A stretch of DNA of 32,198 nucleotides from a virus. Its lineage: Duplodnaviria; Caudoviricetes. The notes beneath the pieces were generated by a model that was given only the letters and a program-made list of their open reading frames with translations, did no database searches and was not told the origin of the DNA. Of the stretch, positions 1 to 8,550 are shown one piece after another. Within the stretch, counting starts at the first letter, position 1; each line of letters starts with the position of its first letter. The stretch covers positions 1 through 32,198 of the IMG/VR virus record IMGVR_UViG_3300047400_000237, one strand, 5' to 3'. A program made the translations under genes and the position numbers.

Positions 1-106
1 CATTGACATTACTACCCCAAGTCCGCAAATCATTACCGATGCCGTTGGCAAAACCAGTGCCAATTGTGTCTGTCCCTGTATAGTTAATTCGTGTGTTCCA
101 CGCCAT
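1..106 (-). CDS. Partial CDS running off the window edge (MAWNTRINYTGTDTIGTGFANGIGNDLRTWGSNVN...), probable tail/fibre protein N-terminus
   Basis: ATG at 106 with a purine-rich GGAAGGT upstream; frame open to position 1; overlaps the end of the upstream ORF; not in the ORF track. Confidence 0.55.
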   Translation of the reverse strand, partial: MAWNTRINYTGTDTIGTGFANGIGNDLRTWGSNVN

Positions 107-305
107 CGCTTACCTTCCTGAACTGACTGGTAGCCAGATCCAACTCCCATCCAGCCCCAACCTCATGGCCGGACCTCTCAATAATCGTGGTGGACACAAC
201 CTGGATCGTTTCTTTGATCCGGTCCAACTCACCTTGAAGCTGCTGTGCCCGCATCTGCATCTGCACAAACCGCTCTTTCTCTTTATCCGTAATCTTAATT
301 TCCAT
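84..305 (-). CDS. Small coiled-coil protein, possible tail-fibre chaperone
   Basis: 73 aa; SD AAGGAG upstream; heptad-like QMRAQQLQGELDRIKETIQ; directly downstream of a tail fibre gene. Confidence 0.6.
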   Translation of the reverse strand: MEIKITDKEKERFVQMQMRAQQLQGELDRIKETIQVVSTTIIERSGHEVGAGWELDLATSQFRKVSDGVEHTN

Positions 306-314
306 ACTCTCCTT

Positions 315-2582
315 CTATGCCATTAGGCCATGGTTTCTTAAAACAGTTCTTAGCTGACCACAATAAGTTTCAGCGTCAGAAAGAGTTGCAAAACTTGGAG
401 CACCGATGTCTGCCTGCTGTGCTCCCACTACTTGTATACTATTCACTTTTAGCACTTTCCCAGACCCCAACGATACATTACCGCTAGAATCTAAACTGGA
501 AGAGCCTCCTGAACCCCAAGCCACTGTAAGGAATCCAGAGTTTGCTGAAGAATCAATACGTTGAACACCGTTAATGTACAACGACAAAAATTTGCCATTT
601 TGATTTGAGTCAATAACAGCAGTGGCGGAGTTTAGTGAACCGGTTCCAATATAGAACCCACCATCAGCACGAACTTGGCCGTTGCTTCCAGTAAATGATA
701 TATAGTTGGTAGATGTTCCTGTGTGGCTACTTCCATACAGCCTAAGCGTGCCACCGTTGGTGTCTACGGCCATTACACCATAGGTGTAATCCCTGTAGTC
801 ACTATAATTAGTGACTAGTCTAGGACCAAAGATAGAAACACCGCTTCCAACATACCAAGCAGTATTACTACCGGCACAAGGCGATGCTCCATTAGCTATA
901 CGGATACCCAATTGGTTAGCACTAGGATCAAGAATAGACTGAGCAATAACCAAATGTTGCGTACCATTGGGTACGTCAATCGACACATTACCGCTACTAT
1001 CCATCTTGATAAGACCGTTGGTGTAGCTAGTGCCGCCAATAGAAATGGTCTTAAACCAAGCTCCATCATTTCCAGACTGTGTACCAATAAAGCCAATAGC
1101 AGAGCCAGCCGCATTGTACACTTCAAAGTATCCAGGCTTGCTTCCGCCACCACCGACCATGATCTTAGTAGCATCTAGACTAACTGTACTTACGCTACTA
1201 ACCACTAACTTTGCACCGTCTAAAGTACCCGAGGCACTCCCAACCGCAACATTACCCTGAGGCGTGCTTCCGTCTTCAGCATTGATCTTGTTATTAACGT
1301 CAAAACTGACTAACTTCCAAGTGTAAGTTTTGCTGCTGGACGGATTTGGAACAAGTATAGAAATAGGACTGCTAATGCCTTTTACGGGCTGAACCATCAA
1401 GGTTGAGCCGTCATAAACCCTTAAAATTACCCCACCCCACGTATTTTCGGTGGGTGGTGTAAAGGTAACAGTAATCTGCTTCATGTTCGTGCCATCACTG
1501 CTAGTCGGCGTGGTCACTGTGGCTGAAGCACCAGTCACATTTGAAGCATAAGTGTTGGCGGACAAGGGCCAGTCAAACTCATAACTGACACTCGGAGTTA
1601 CACCGTCCACAATGCTGTTGAAGTTACCACCAGAACCACTCACAAAGTAAGTAGTAAACTTATAGTGGTAAGGAATCAACGGCCAACCCTTCACATCCTC
1701 ATTCTTAGTGAATGGATGACCAACGTCTGCCCACAAAGTATCAGGCATGGCACTACCATCCTGAAACAGCATCTGATACCTATGAATTAGGCGTACCGTG
1801 TCGATTTGTCCTTGGGTTGGTGAGGGTGGTGCAGTAGGCCAACTCCAAGTTACACCTTCCGACCATCGCTGACCCGCAGTATAATCGCTTATAAACCGAA
1901 TGCCAGTCACACCAGACCCATAATCGATTTTGCCTACATTGGTAACTAAGCGGGCATACTCTTCACCGTTGGCAACACCCACCGGATCAATCAATAGCGT
2001 GGTGGACGGACTTGCTCCAGTCGCACCATACCGCACCAAATCATTCTCAATGCTGGTGCTATAGCTGACCCCATAAATCCGAATGGTACGAGAGTTAATT
2101 TGTTGGGAAAGGTTGAAGACTGCCGGTGAGTCAGTGAACTTGCCAAGGTCTGCTGGCTGCCAAGTACCGCTCATGTCCGGGTTTCCACCAAATGTGGTGG
2201 ACCCAGTCAGGTTTGTGCCTTTGTTACCGCTGCTCTGATCTGGATCTTCGACATAAACGTGGATGCCTATGAACTCGCCAAGGACGGCAGGCGCGGTCCA
2301 CGGCAGCGTCACTGACACTGTTCCGTCACCATTGTTCACATAAGTAGGAGTACCTAGTGTGGCGTTGTTAATGGTGGATGCGCCGGTCACACCGACACCG
2401 CCACTAAGTGAGCTGGTAGTTATGCCTTTTTTGGTTGCTACTGTAGTAGTTGTGGCTTTTGCTGGAACAGAATCCGAGACACCCTGAAGCTGATCCACGA
2501 TCTTCTTGAAACCCTCATAGACAGAACGCCTCAAATCTTCAATGTTTTCTACCTCAGGAAGTTGAGGAATGAATATTCTCAT
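315..2582 (-). CDS. Tail fibre / receptor-binding protein
   Basis: 755 aa, G/S/T-rich and beta-rich; Ig/FN3-like segments; C-terminal LKVNSIQVVGAQQADI...LRTVLRNHGLM resembles fibre C-termini; ATGA overlap with the upstream tail gene. Confidence 0.7.
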   Translation of the reverse strand: MRIFIPQLPEVENIEDLRRSVYEGFKKIVDQLQGVSDSVPAKATTTTVATKKGITTSSLSGGVGVTGASTINNATLGTPTYVNNGDGTVSVTLPWTAPAVLGEFIGIHVYVEDPDQSSGNKGTNLTGSTTFGGNPDMSGTWQPADLGKFTDSPAVFNLSQQINSRTIRIYGVSYSTSIENDLVRYGATGASPSTTLLIDPVGVANGEEYARLVTNVGKIDYGSGVTGIRFISDYTAGQRWSEGVTWSWPTAPPSPTQGQIDTVRLIHRYQMLFQDGSAMPDTLWADVGHPFTKNEDVKGWPLIPYHYKFTTYFVSGSGGNFNSIVDGVTPSVSYEFDWPLSANTYASNVTGASATVTTPTSSDGTNMKQITVTFTPPTENTWGGVILRVYDGSTLMVQPVKGISSPISILVPNPSSSKTYTWKLVSFDVNNKINAEDGSTPQGNVAVGSASGTLDGAKLVVSSVSTVSLDATKIMVGGGGSKPGYFEVYNAAGSAIGFIGTQSGNDGAWFKTISIGGTSYTNGLIKMDSSGNVSIDVPNGTQHLVIAQSILDPSANQLGIRIANGASPCAGSNTAWYVGSGVSIFGPRLVTNYSDYRDYTYGVMAVDTNGGTLRLYGSSHTGTSTNYISFTGSNGQVRADGGFYIGTGSLNSATAVIDSNQNGKFLSLYINGVQRIDSSANSGFLTVAWGSGGSSSLDSSGNVSLGSGKVLKVNSIQVVGAQQADIGAPSFATLSDAETYCGQLRTVLRNHGLMA

Positions 2583-5500
2583 TGACCCTCCAGCGGTGTA
2601 CCCGGTATACCACGGCGTGTCAGCCCCTTCACACCAATTTGGTTCAAGTCAAGATTCACGTTTTCAACCTGGATGGTCTGAGGCGCGTACATCCTGAACT
2701 CAAACAGGCGGCCTCTCGCTCCCGGCGGGAAGGCGATTCGGTCTGTCCACTTTAGTCCTTCAGTCAACGTAAGAGTTCCGGTGTTAAAATTCTCGCCATC
2801 AATATCCCACCAATAAGTAGCCACCGCAAAGTCCTGACCGAGCGGCACCTTGCTAAAGACGCTCCAGTACCGGGCCAAATCAAGTTGCGAAGCCCCACCG
2901 ATTTTCTTATAATGGAAGCTCCAGGTGGTTTTACGGAAGGGATCTGTATCGGATTCCAGCTTTGTGTTATAGTGCTTAAACTGGGCAGCCCCGCTATATA
3001 CTGCTTCCCAGCGGCTACCAGTCTGTAACACATAAGCATTTGTGTTTGTATTGAGGTCTAACCCTACAGTATACCATTGTTTACGGGTGCCTGTAAAGGT
3101 GCTAGTCTGCATCACCTGATCGTCCACAATCAGCGTGCCAGTGACCGTCCCATTCACACAATCAAGCTGCGGCTGCCATGTCTTCATCCAGTGGCTGCTC
3201 TCATACGGCATCGGACCATACCTGAACAACGTCACTCGGGGTGGCTCGACCGCACCATCAAAATCAGTAGTGTAGTGCTTGAATCGGCCCGTCCCACTCA
3301 CCGCATAAGCCGCATGAAGCGTCCTACCATACTTCTCTACCGGCAAGCTAAACGTATACTGTTTTCGTACCGTACCAGTCATCGTATGGGTGGAAATCGC
3401 AGTGCCATCCAAGAACGTGGTCGCCAGCACCGTATTGCTAAGGCAGTTCACTTCCGGCTTAAACACCTTCACTTCCCGTTCATCACCGGTAAGCTTCGGG
3501 CTGACATACTCATTCCACCGATCCGGCTCAGGCCGCTTGTGCCACCATGTCTGGTATACTTTGAACGCCGTACCACTATATGTGACGTACATGGTCCGAC
3601 CAAACTGGTTGACTGGATAAGAAGTTGCATTCAAATCAAAAGTAAAGCTCTGTCGGTTGTAACCAGTGATTGTGGCAGTGGTTAACACTGTGTTGTCCAC
3701 ATACACCGTGGCAAGAACAGTCCCATTCGGATTGATGTCCACATCAAAAGCATCAATAATCACTTCATCCAGCGATTCAATATCAGACTTGTAATAATTG
3801 ACTTTGGCCGGTTCTTTCCTAGCCTCATACCGTGTTTCCCAAGGCTTAAAGTACACTGGACTGGTGTAAGTCGTGTAGGCCACTCGACCATAAGTTTCGG
3901 CAGGGAAGCTGAACTGAAACACTTTTCTACCACCAGTCGGACCAGTCATAGTATTGGTCATGACCGCTGTTGTATCTACAAAGGTAACCGCAGTGACCGT
4001 GCCTGTGCCACTCACCTGAATGTCAGAGTAAGCCACATCCCAAAGTTTGTCCGCCGTCCAGCCCTGTTCATCATAATCACTACGGGAATATTGAACCGGC
4101 ATAGGCTCATCCATCAGGTGAAAGCCAAGAGCATAAACAGACTGAAGTGTGCCAGTCCCAGTTGGCGAGGTAATAGAACAGGTGCCGGTAAAATCAAATT
4201 CAATCTGATTAACAAAAGTACCATTGAGCGGTGACACAATCCAACTTCGGTTGTTATTGGTAAGGGTGCCTACCGTAACAGTGTTGGTCGTGTCATAATA
4301 CGCCTTCATAACAATCGGTGAACCTTGAGCATTCACAGTCAAATTCTCAAGAATCGTGTCCGAGTCACTAGTCCAGGTTTTAGACTTGGCCGACCAAGTA
4401 ATTGCTTGATTACCTCCAGATGTAGTCTGGTCTACCGTACTAACCTCAATCTGCATGACTACACCGTCGGTAGTTCCAACATAGAAACCAACATCCCGAC
4501 CATCCACCCACATACTGGTAAAGTTGAACGGGAATGTATACCACCAAGCCTGCTTCAACGTAAAGTCGAGCACAAATATTGTGTTTGGAACTGTCGAGGT
4601 TCCAGTGGGCAGCCCAAGATACAGCTTGTTCTGCCGAAACGCTGCTATGGACTCTTGAATGTAACTCTGATTCAAGGCAGGCACTCGACTGCCTTTGTAT
4701 GTGGCTGGGCTATAAGAAAAGCTACCCTTAAACACGTCCGAATACTTCTGGTTGAACCAATCAATCGGGCTAGGCGCTGCACTACCTGGGGTATAGATGT
4801 ACAGGCCATCCGAATTCATGAGGGTGATGCCATAGGGCGTTTTGATGGTGGCTTTGGTTGCGAGGCTGCCTCGGTTAGAGCCAATACGGTTGAGAGTGTA
4901 GTTTCCGCCTTCAAAATCCGTACCGTACATCTCATAGATGCTTTCCCGGTTGATGATAATCATGCCGGGACTACTCACAACCAAGCCCATGATGTTGTCG
5001 CCGGGCTTACTGACCTCAGCATAGCTGGTCAACGGAATAGCACCGATCTGACCCGGCAGTGTCCACCGGACCAGATTCTGGTCCGAGAAAAACAGCCGAT
5101 CTTGCCAAGGCTCTGAAATGGTCGTAACATAGCCTGGAAACTGACTTTTGGTCATGATGTTCCGCACCAACACATCACCGTTGTTGAGAGCAGTAATGTC
5201 ACTCATTGTGTCAGTAAATGTGGCTAAAGTATATGTATGGGTGTTAACGGCATAAGCATCCAACATATACCCACCCTGCCGGTAGGTAATAGTGTGGGTG
5301 ATGCCGTGAGCACCGGTTGGTGAGCCGTTTGTGACTACCTGAAAGTTACCGTTCTGAATTTTGTAAGGACCGGTAGTACCACTCGGCGCGGACTCATCAA
5401 TCTTGTTTCCGTTACTATCTAGCGTTGCCCAGGTCTGCCAATAGACATACCCGTTGTTCATGTCCGTCATCGGGTACTCGACAGAACCGTCAATCGTAAA

Positions 5501-6544
5501 ATCACCGATAGTTACTGTAGTGGCTGCGTGGCCAGCCACATTGATACGCACCGCTCGCACATGCTCTAGTGGGTTAGTGTAACTTCCGGTGTCGCCAATA
5601 AAGGTGAAGTCAGTAATTGGAATACGCCAATTACTAGGACTGCCTGCCACGTTGGAAACAGTCAATGCATCTTGTGTTACATATGGGTTAAGAAGGCTGT
5701 TTACATCAGCACTAGAAGTGGAAAGCTGTGCGATAAGCAGGCTGTTTGGAGTGCCAGAATTACCTCCGGTAGTCACCCCAAAATGAAGGTAGTTGGTAAA
5801 AGACGTGTCACCAATGCTAAGATCAATATCAACACTGTCTATGCTGCTTGGGTCGCCAAAAGCCAACCAGTATGTGTATACACCATAAATGCCAACTGTA
5901 TGGGTTCCGTTTAGATTGAAGTTCTGATCACTACCCCAAGTATAGGTTGCCAGCACATGAAAAGAGTCATCTGTAGCAAAGGTAGTGTCATACGTATTGA
6001 CTGACTGAATGGTGCCCGCACCGGCAGTCCAAGTAGTACCTGGAACCCAAGTTGTTAAAGCTAAGGTTCCGGCAGTGACTGTAGGTGCGCTAGGACTTTG
6101 TTTGACCCAATCTGTTGTGGCAGAACCGTCGTCCTTCAGGTTAATGCTTCCGCCGCTGAAAAACGCATAGTTCTTGTAAGAGCCAATCGCGTTGGGGAAG
6201 GCGGTGGATTGACGGCCAGCAGTAGAGCCGTTGATTTTGGTGAATGATCCTGCCCAATAGGAAGAAGTACCGCTACGGTAAACATCACCATTAGAGTCGC
6301 AAACGTACTGGTTTCCGGTAATGACGCTAGACTGACTATTGTAATTGTCAAACATCGTGGCAAGAGCATAGCTACTGACTGAAGCCCGTTTGTAGCTGCC
6401 TTGACGGGGTACTAGCGCCCCGTTCATAATGGAGAAGTCAATGTTTGTGGCGGTCTGCACCTCGTCATCACCAATCAGGTGAGAGGGCATGGACGGATTG
6501 ACTCCACGACTAAAATTGATCTGATATTTTTTGGCTTCAGGCAT
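2579..6544 (-). CDS. Large tail protein, probable nozzle/stabilisation protein (P22 gp10 / T7 gp12-like) with tandem C-terminal repeat domains
   Basis: 1321 aa; N-terminal NFSRGVN...IGDDEVQTATNIDF...PRQG typical of podoviral nozzle proteins; propeller-like WQDRLFFS; follows the adaptor genes. Confidence 0.6.
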   Translation of the reverse strand: MPEAKKYQINFSRGVNPSMPSHLIGDDEVQTATNIDFSIMNGALVPRQGSYKRASVSSYALATMFDNYNSQSSVITGNQYVCDSNGDVYRSGTSSYWAGSFTKINGSTAGRQSTAFPNAIGSYKNYAFFSGGSINLKDDGSATTDWVKQSPSAPTVTAGTLALTTWVPGTTWTAGAGTIQSVNTYDTTFATDDSFHVLATYTWGSDQNFNLNGTHTVGIYGVYTYWLAFGDPSSIDSVDIDLSIGDTSFTNYLHFGVTTGGNSGTPNSLLIAQLSTSSADVNSLLNPYVTQDALTVSNVAGSPSNWRIPITDFTFIGDTGSYTNPLEHVRAVRINVAGHAATTVTIGDFTIDGSVEYPMTDMNNGYVYWQTWATLDSNGNKIDESAPSGTTGPYKIQNGNFQVVTNGSPTGAHGITHTITYRQGGYMLDAYAVNTHTYTLATFTDTMSDITALNNGDVLVRNIMTKSQFPGYVTTISEPWQDRLFFSDQNLVRWTLPGQIGAIPLTSYAEVSKPGDNIMGLVVSSPGMIIINRESIYEMYGTDFEGGNYTLNRIGSNRGSLATKATIKTPYGITLMNSDGLYIYTPGSAAPSPIDWFNQKYSDVFKGSFSYSPATYKGSRVPALNQSYIQESIAAFRQNKLYLGLPTGTSTVPNTIFVLDFTLKQAWWYTFPFNFTSMWVDGRDVGFYVGTTDGVVMQIEVSTVDQTTSGGNQAITWSAKSKTWTSDSDTILENLTVNAQGSPIVMKAYYDTTNTVTVGTLTNNNRSWIVSPLNGTFVNQIEFDFTGTCSITSPTGTGTLQSVYALGFHLMDEPMPVQYSRSDYDEQGWTADKLWDVAYSDIQVSGTGTVTAVTFVDTTAVMTNTMTGPTGGRKVFQFSFPAETYGRVAYTTYTSPVYFKPWETRYEARKEPAKVNYYKSDIESLDEVIIDAFDVDINPNGTVLATVYVDNTVLTTATITGYNRQSFTFDLNATSYPVNQFGRTMYVTYSGTAFKVYQTWWHKRPEPDRWNEYVSPKLTGDEREVKVFKPEVNCLSNTVLATTFLDGTAISTHTMTGTVRKQYTFSLPVEKYGRTLHAAYAVSGTGRFKHYTTDFDGAVEPPRVTLFRYGPMPYESSHWMKTWQPQLDCVNGTVTGTLIVDDQVMQTSTFTGTRKQWYTVGLDLNTNTNAYVLQTGSRWEAVYSGAAQFKHYNTKLESDTDPFRKTTWSFHYKKIGGASQLDLARYWSVFSKVPLGQDFAVATYWWDIDGENFNTGTLTLTEGLKWTDRIAFPPGARGRLFEFRMYAPQTIQVENVNLDLNQIGVKGLTRRGIPGTPLEGQ

Positions 6545-7221
6545 TAGGTGCTAGTCCCCATGAATAGTCTACCCACCTTGATATCGCCAAAGTTCGCCTG
6601 ATCCCATGCGGTGGTGGGCCTCAACCGCATGATGTTATCCCCAAATGTGTTCCGCTGCTGCCGTGCATACTGCTTCTCAAACTCTTCCGCCTCCAGTGCC
6701 TTTGCATCGGCAAGCGGAGGTTGAGTTTCTTCCAGCAGCTTTGAAGCCGCCCGCATGGTTACTGCCCGTTTGACTAGCGGGTCCACATTCAAAATGTCGT
6801 GGTTGTTGTCATCGATTTCAGTCGGCAACGGCACTCCCCACAACTGAAAAGTGTAAGCAGCATCACTGTTTGGAAACAGGCGAATGTGCTGGGCATCCCA
6901 AAGGACATACCAGTTCGGACGGGTTTTGTCCTGGCTCTTCCAGTTGGTCGCCCAATCCTGAAGCTGGGCTGTGGTTGTCGGAAAAATCTTTACCCCATTA
7001 TAAATAATGAACTGGGGAACCATAATTGCGGACTCCGGCAGTGCAACCAGATCCGCGTTAGCGGGAATGTTTAGGGTATAGACAGTCCGCTGCCAGTCCT
7101 TTAGGTTTAGCCACACTTCTAGCTGGGCCGCATTTGCAGCGTCATAAAGCTGCTCAATCGTCCAGAAGACTGGGCCTTGACTTTCATCTACCTGTAACTG
7201 AATGTCTGACAGTAGGCTCAT
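6544..7221 (-). CDS. Head-tail adaptor-like protein (paralog 2)
   Basis: Start reassigned to MSLLSDIQ (ATG 7221, ATGA overlap); FWTIEQLYDAAN...NWK...PNWY...IRLFP pattern shared with 7780-8529. Confidence 0.55.
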   Translation of the reverse strand: MSLLSDIQLQVDESQGPVFWTIEQLYDAANAAQLEVWLNLKDWQRTVYTLNIPANADLVALPESAIMVPQFIIYNGVKIFPTTTAQLQDWATNWKSQDKTRPNWYVLWDAQHIRLFPNSDAAYTFQLWGVPLPTEIDDNNHDILNVDPLVKRAVTMRAASKLLEETQPPLADAKALEAEEFEKQYARQQRNTFGDNIMRLRPTTAWDQANFGDIKVGRLFMGTST

Positions 7222-7316
7222 TGGACACCCTTCTGTGCATCCCAACCGAGATTCGTTGCCGGAAAGCCCTTCGTCTTACCAAACCGCATGATATAATTGA
7301 ATAGATCCTGCAACAT
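7218..7316 (-). CDS. Small hypothetical protein, 32 aa (MLQDLFNYIMRFGKTKGFPATNLGWDAQKGVQ)
   Basis: SD AAGAGGT before ATG 7316; its TGA overlaps the next ATG; fills the gap exactly; below the ORF-track size. Confidence 0.5.
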   Translation of the reverse strand: MLQDLFNYIMRFGKTKGFPATNLGWDAQKGVQ

Positions 7317-7786
7317 GGTTACCTCTTTTTGTAATTACTTGGGGCTAATGTTTTCTGCCATATATCCTGATCACTTCCAGGTGGGGGATACCAACCCATT
7401 TTGTTATGTAACCAAGCATCGTACTGATCAGCAGTTTGTGTATTAGTGAATAAGCCCATATGTTCTCCAGTCCTTGCTGAATACCGTATAGCTTCCTCAG
7501 GGCTGACGATTCGACCACCTATCACGGTAGGCATTAACGTTGTATAGCGTCCAGAAGGTGAATCAGCACTTATGGTATTAACAGTACTCTCAGTACCGTT
7601 ACGATTTGCAACATGAGGTCGGTTATACAGATCAATAGTAGGGGGAGCTACCATACCAGCAAAACCTGGAGGTATGAATTGATAATCCCTTAATTTCGCG
7701 TACACATCTTGAGGTGAAATGGATTCAGGACGCATCAAACCGCGCAGTTTACTAAGCCAAAGGTTACTTAGGTCCATGGTTACCTC
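7314..7786. repeat. 12-bp direct repeat CATGGTTACCTC (minus strand GAGGTAACCATG) flanking the 7319-7777 gene
   Basis: Identical copies at 7314-7325 and 7775-7786; each holds the stop, SD and ATG of a gene junction. Confidence 0.8.
7319..7777 (-). CDS. Hypothetical protein with a recurrent phage domain (IDLxNRPxVxN...STV...PTV...EAI...TGEHxG)
   Basis: Start reassigned to MDLSNLW (SD GGAGGT, ATG 7777); I recall this motif as a module of larger phage proteins. Confidence 0.6.
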   Translation of the reverse strand: MDLSNLWLSKLRGLMRPESISPQDVYAKLRDYQFIPPGFAGMVAPPTIDLYNRPHVANRNGTESTVNTISADSPSGRYTTLMPTVIGGRIVSPEEAIRYSARTGEHMGLFTNTQTADQYDAWLHNKMGWYPPPGSDQDIWQKTLAPSNYKKR

Positions 7787-8529
7787 CAAATAGGCCAAGC
7801 TGGTTTGGTGCGAAGGACTTGTCCGGCCCACTTGCGGCCTGGACGTAGCATTTCGGATTTGTCAGGGAAGTAGCCGTCCCAGAACCGGCGAATAAGTTTC
7901 TTCTGACGGTCCCACGACTTCCGCGCTCGAGCAGCCTTGTTGATGTCCTGGTTCGGTCCAAACCGGCTGTAGGCCCTGTACCGGCAGTAAGGAATCGCGC
8001 TGTAGCGGGTCCACGCCGGAATTGCCATGGTTCCGTCCACGAATGTCCCGCTAGACACAGTCGTGGTCATCGTGCAAAGCACTGGATATTCAAAGTAAAC
8101 AGTGCCAGTGCCAGCGGGAGGCGGCCAAAAACTGACTGTCTGGGCGTTGTTCTGGTAAACGATGACAGGGTCGATGCCAGCGGCGGCGGCCGTACCACGC
8201 CAGTCACGCTGCATGGTGTCAAGGTCTGCGGGGGAGCGAGGGGAAAGGCGGCCTGTAGAGGTGTCTGTGCCACCAGCACAGTAGTAAACAGCGTCCAAGC
8301 GCATCGCACCTGGAGTTACAGTTGAAATGTTGAAGGTGGTTGTGGTATCAGTAAAGGTAAGGGTTGAGGTTTCCCAAACAAACTCAAACTGATTTTGAAG
8401 GTTTTGCTGCCAGTCGTTGATGTACTGGTTGAGTTCGTCGTTACTCCACCACTTACCAGTGGGGTCGAGGAGTTCACGGCGCACTGCGGATCGGATTTGA
8501 TTTAGGGTCCAACGGGCAGCAAGGCTCAT
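7780..8529 (-). CDS. Head-tail adaptor-like protein (paralog 1)
   Basis: 249 aa; TLNQIRSAVRRELLD...WWSNDELNQYIND N-terminus typical of podoviral adaptor proteins; lies downstream of the capsid gene. Confidence 0.6.
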   Translation of the reverse strand: MSLAARWTLNQIRSAVRRELLDPTGKWWSNDELNQYINDWQQNLQNQFEFVWETSTLTFTDTTTTFNISTVTPGAMRLDAVYYCAGGTDTSTGRLSPRSPADLDTMQRDWRGTAAAAGIDPVIVYQNNAQTVSFWPPPAGTGTVYFEYPVLCTMTTTVSSGTFVDGTMAIPAWTRYSAIPYCRYRAYSRFGPNQDINKAARARKSWDRQKKLIRRFWDGYFPDKSEMLRPGRKWAGQVLRTKPAWPIWR

Positions 8530-8545
8530 AAACCCTATTATATCA
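8530..8545 (-). promoter_or_regulatory. Extended -10 promoter (TGaTATAAT), 7 nt before ATG 8529 (leaderless-type)
   Basis: Minus strand TGATATAATAGGGTTTATG; no clear SD. Confidence 0.6.
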
Positions 8546-8550
8546 AACGC

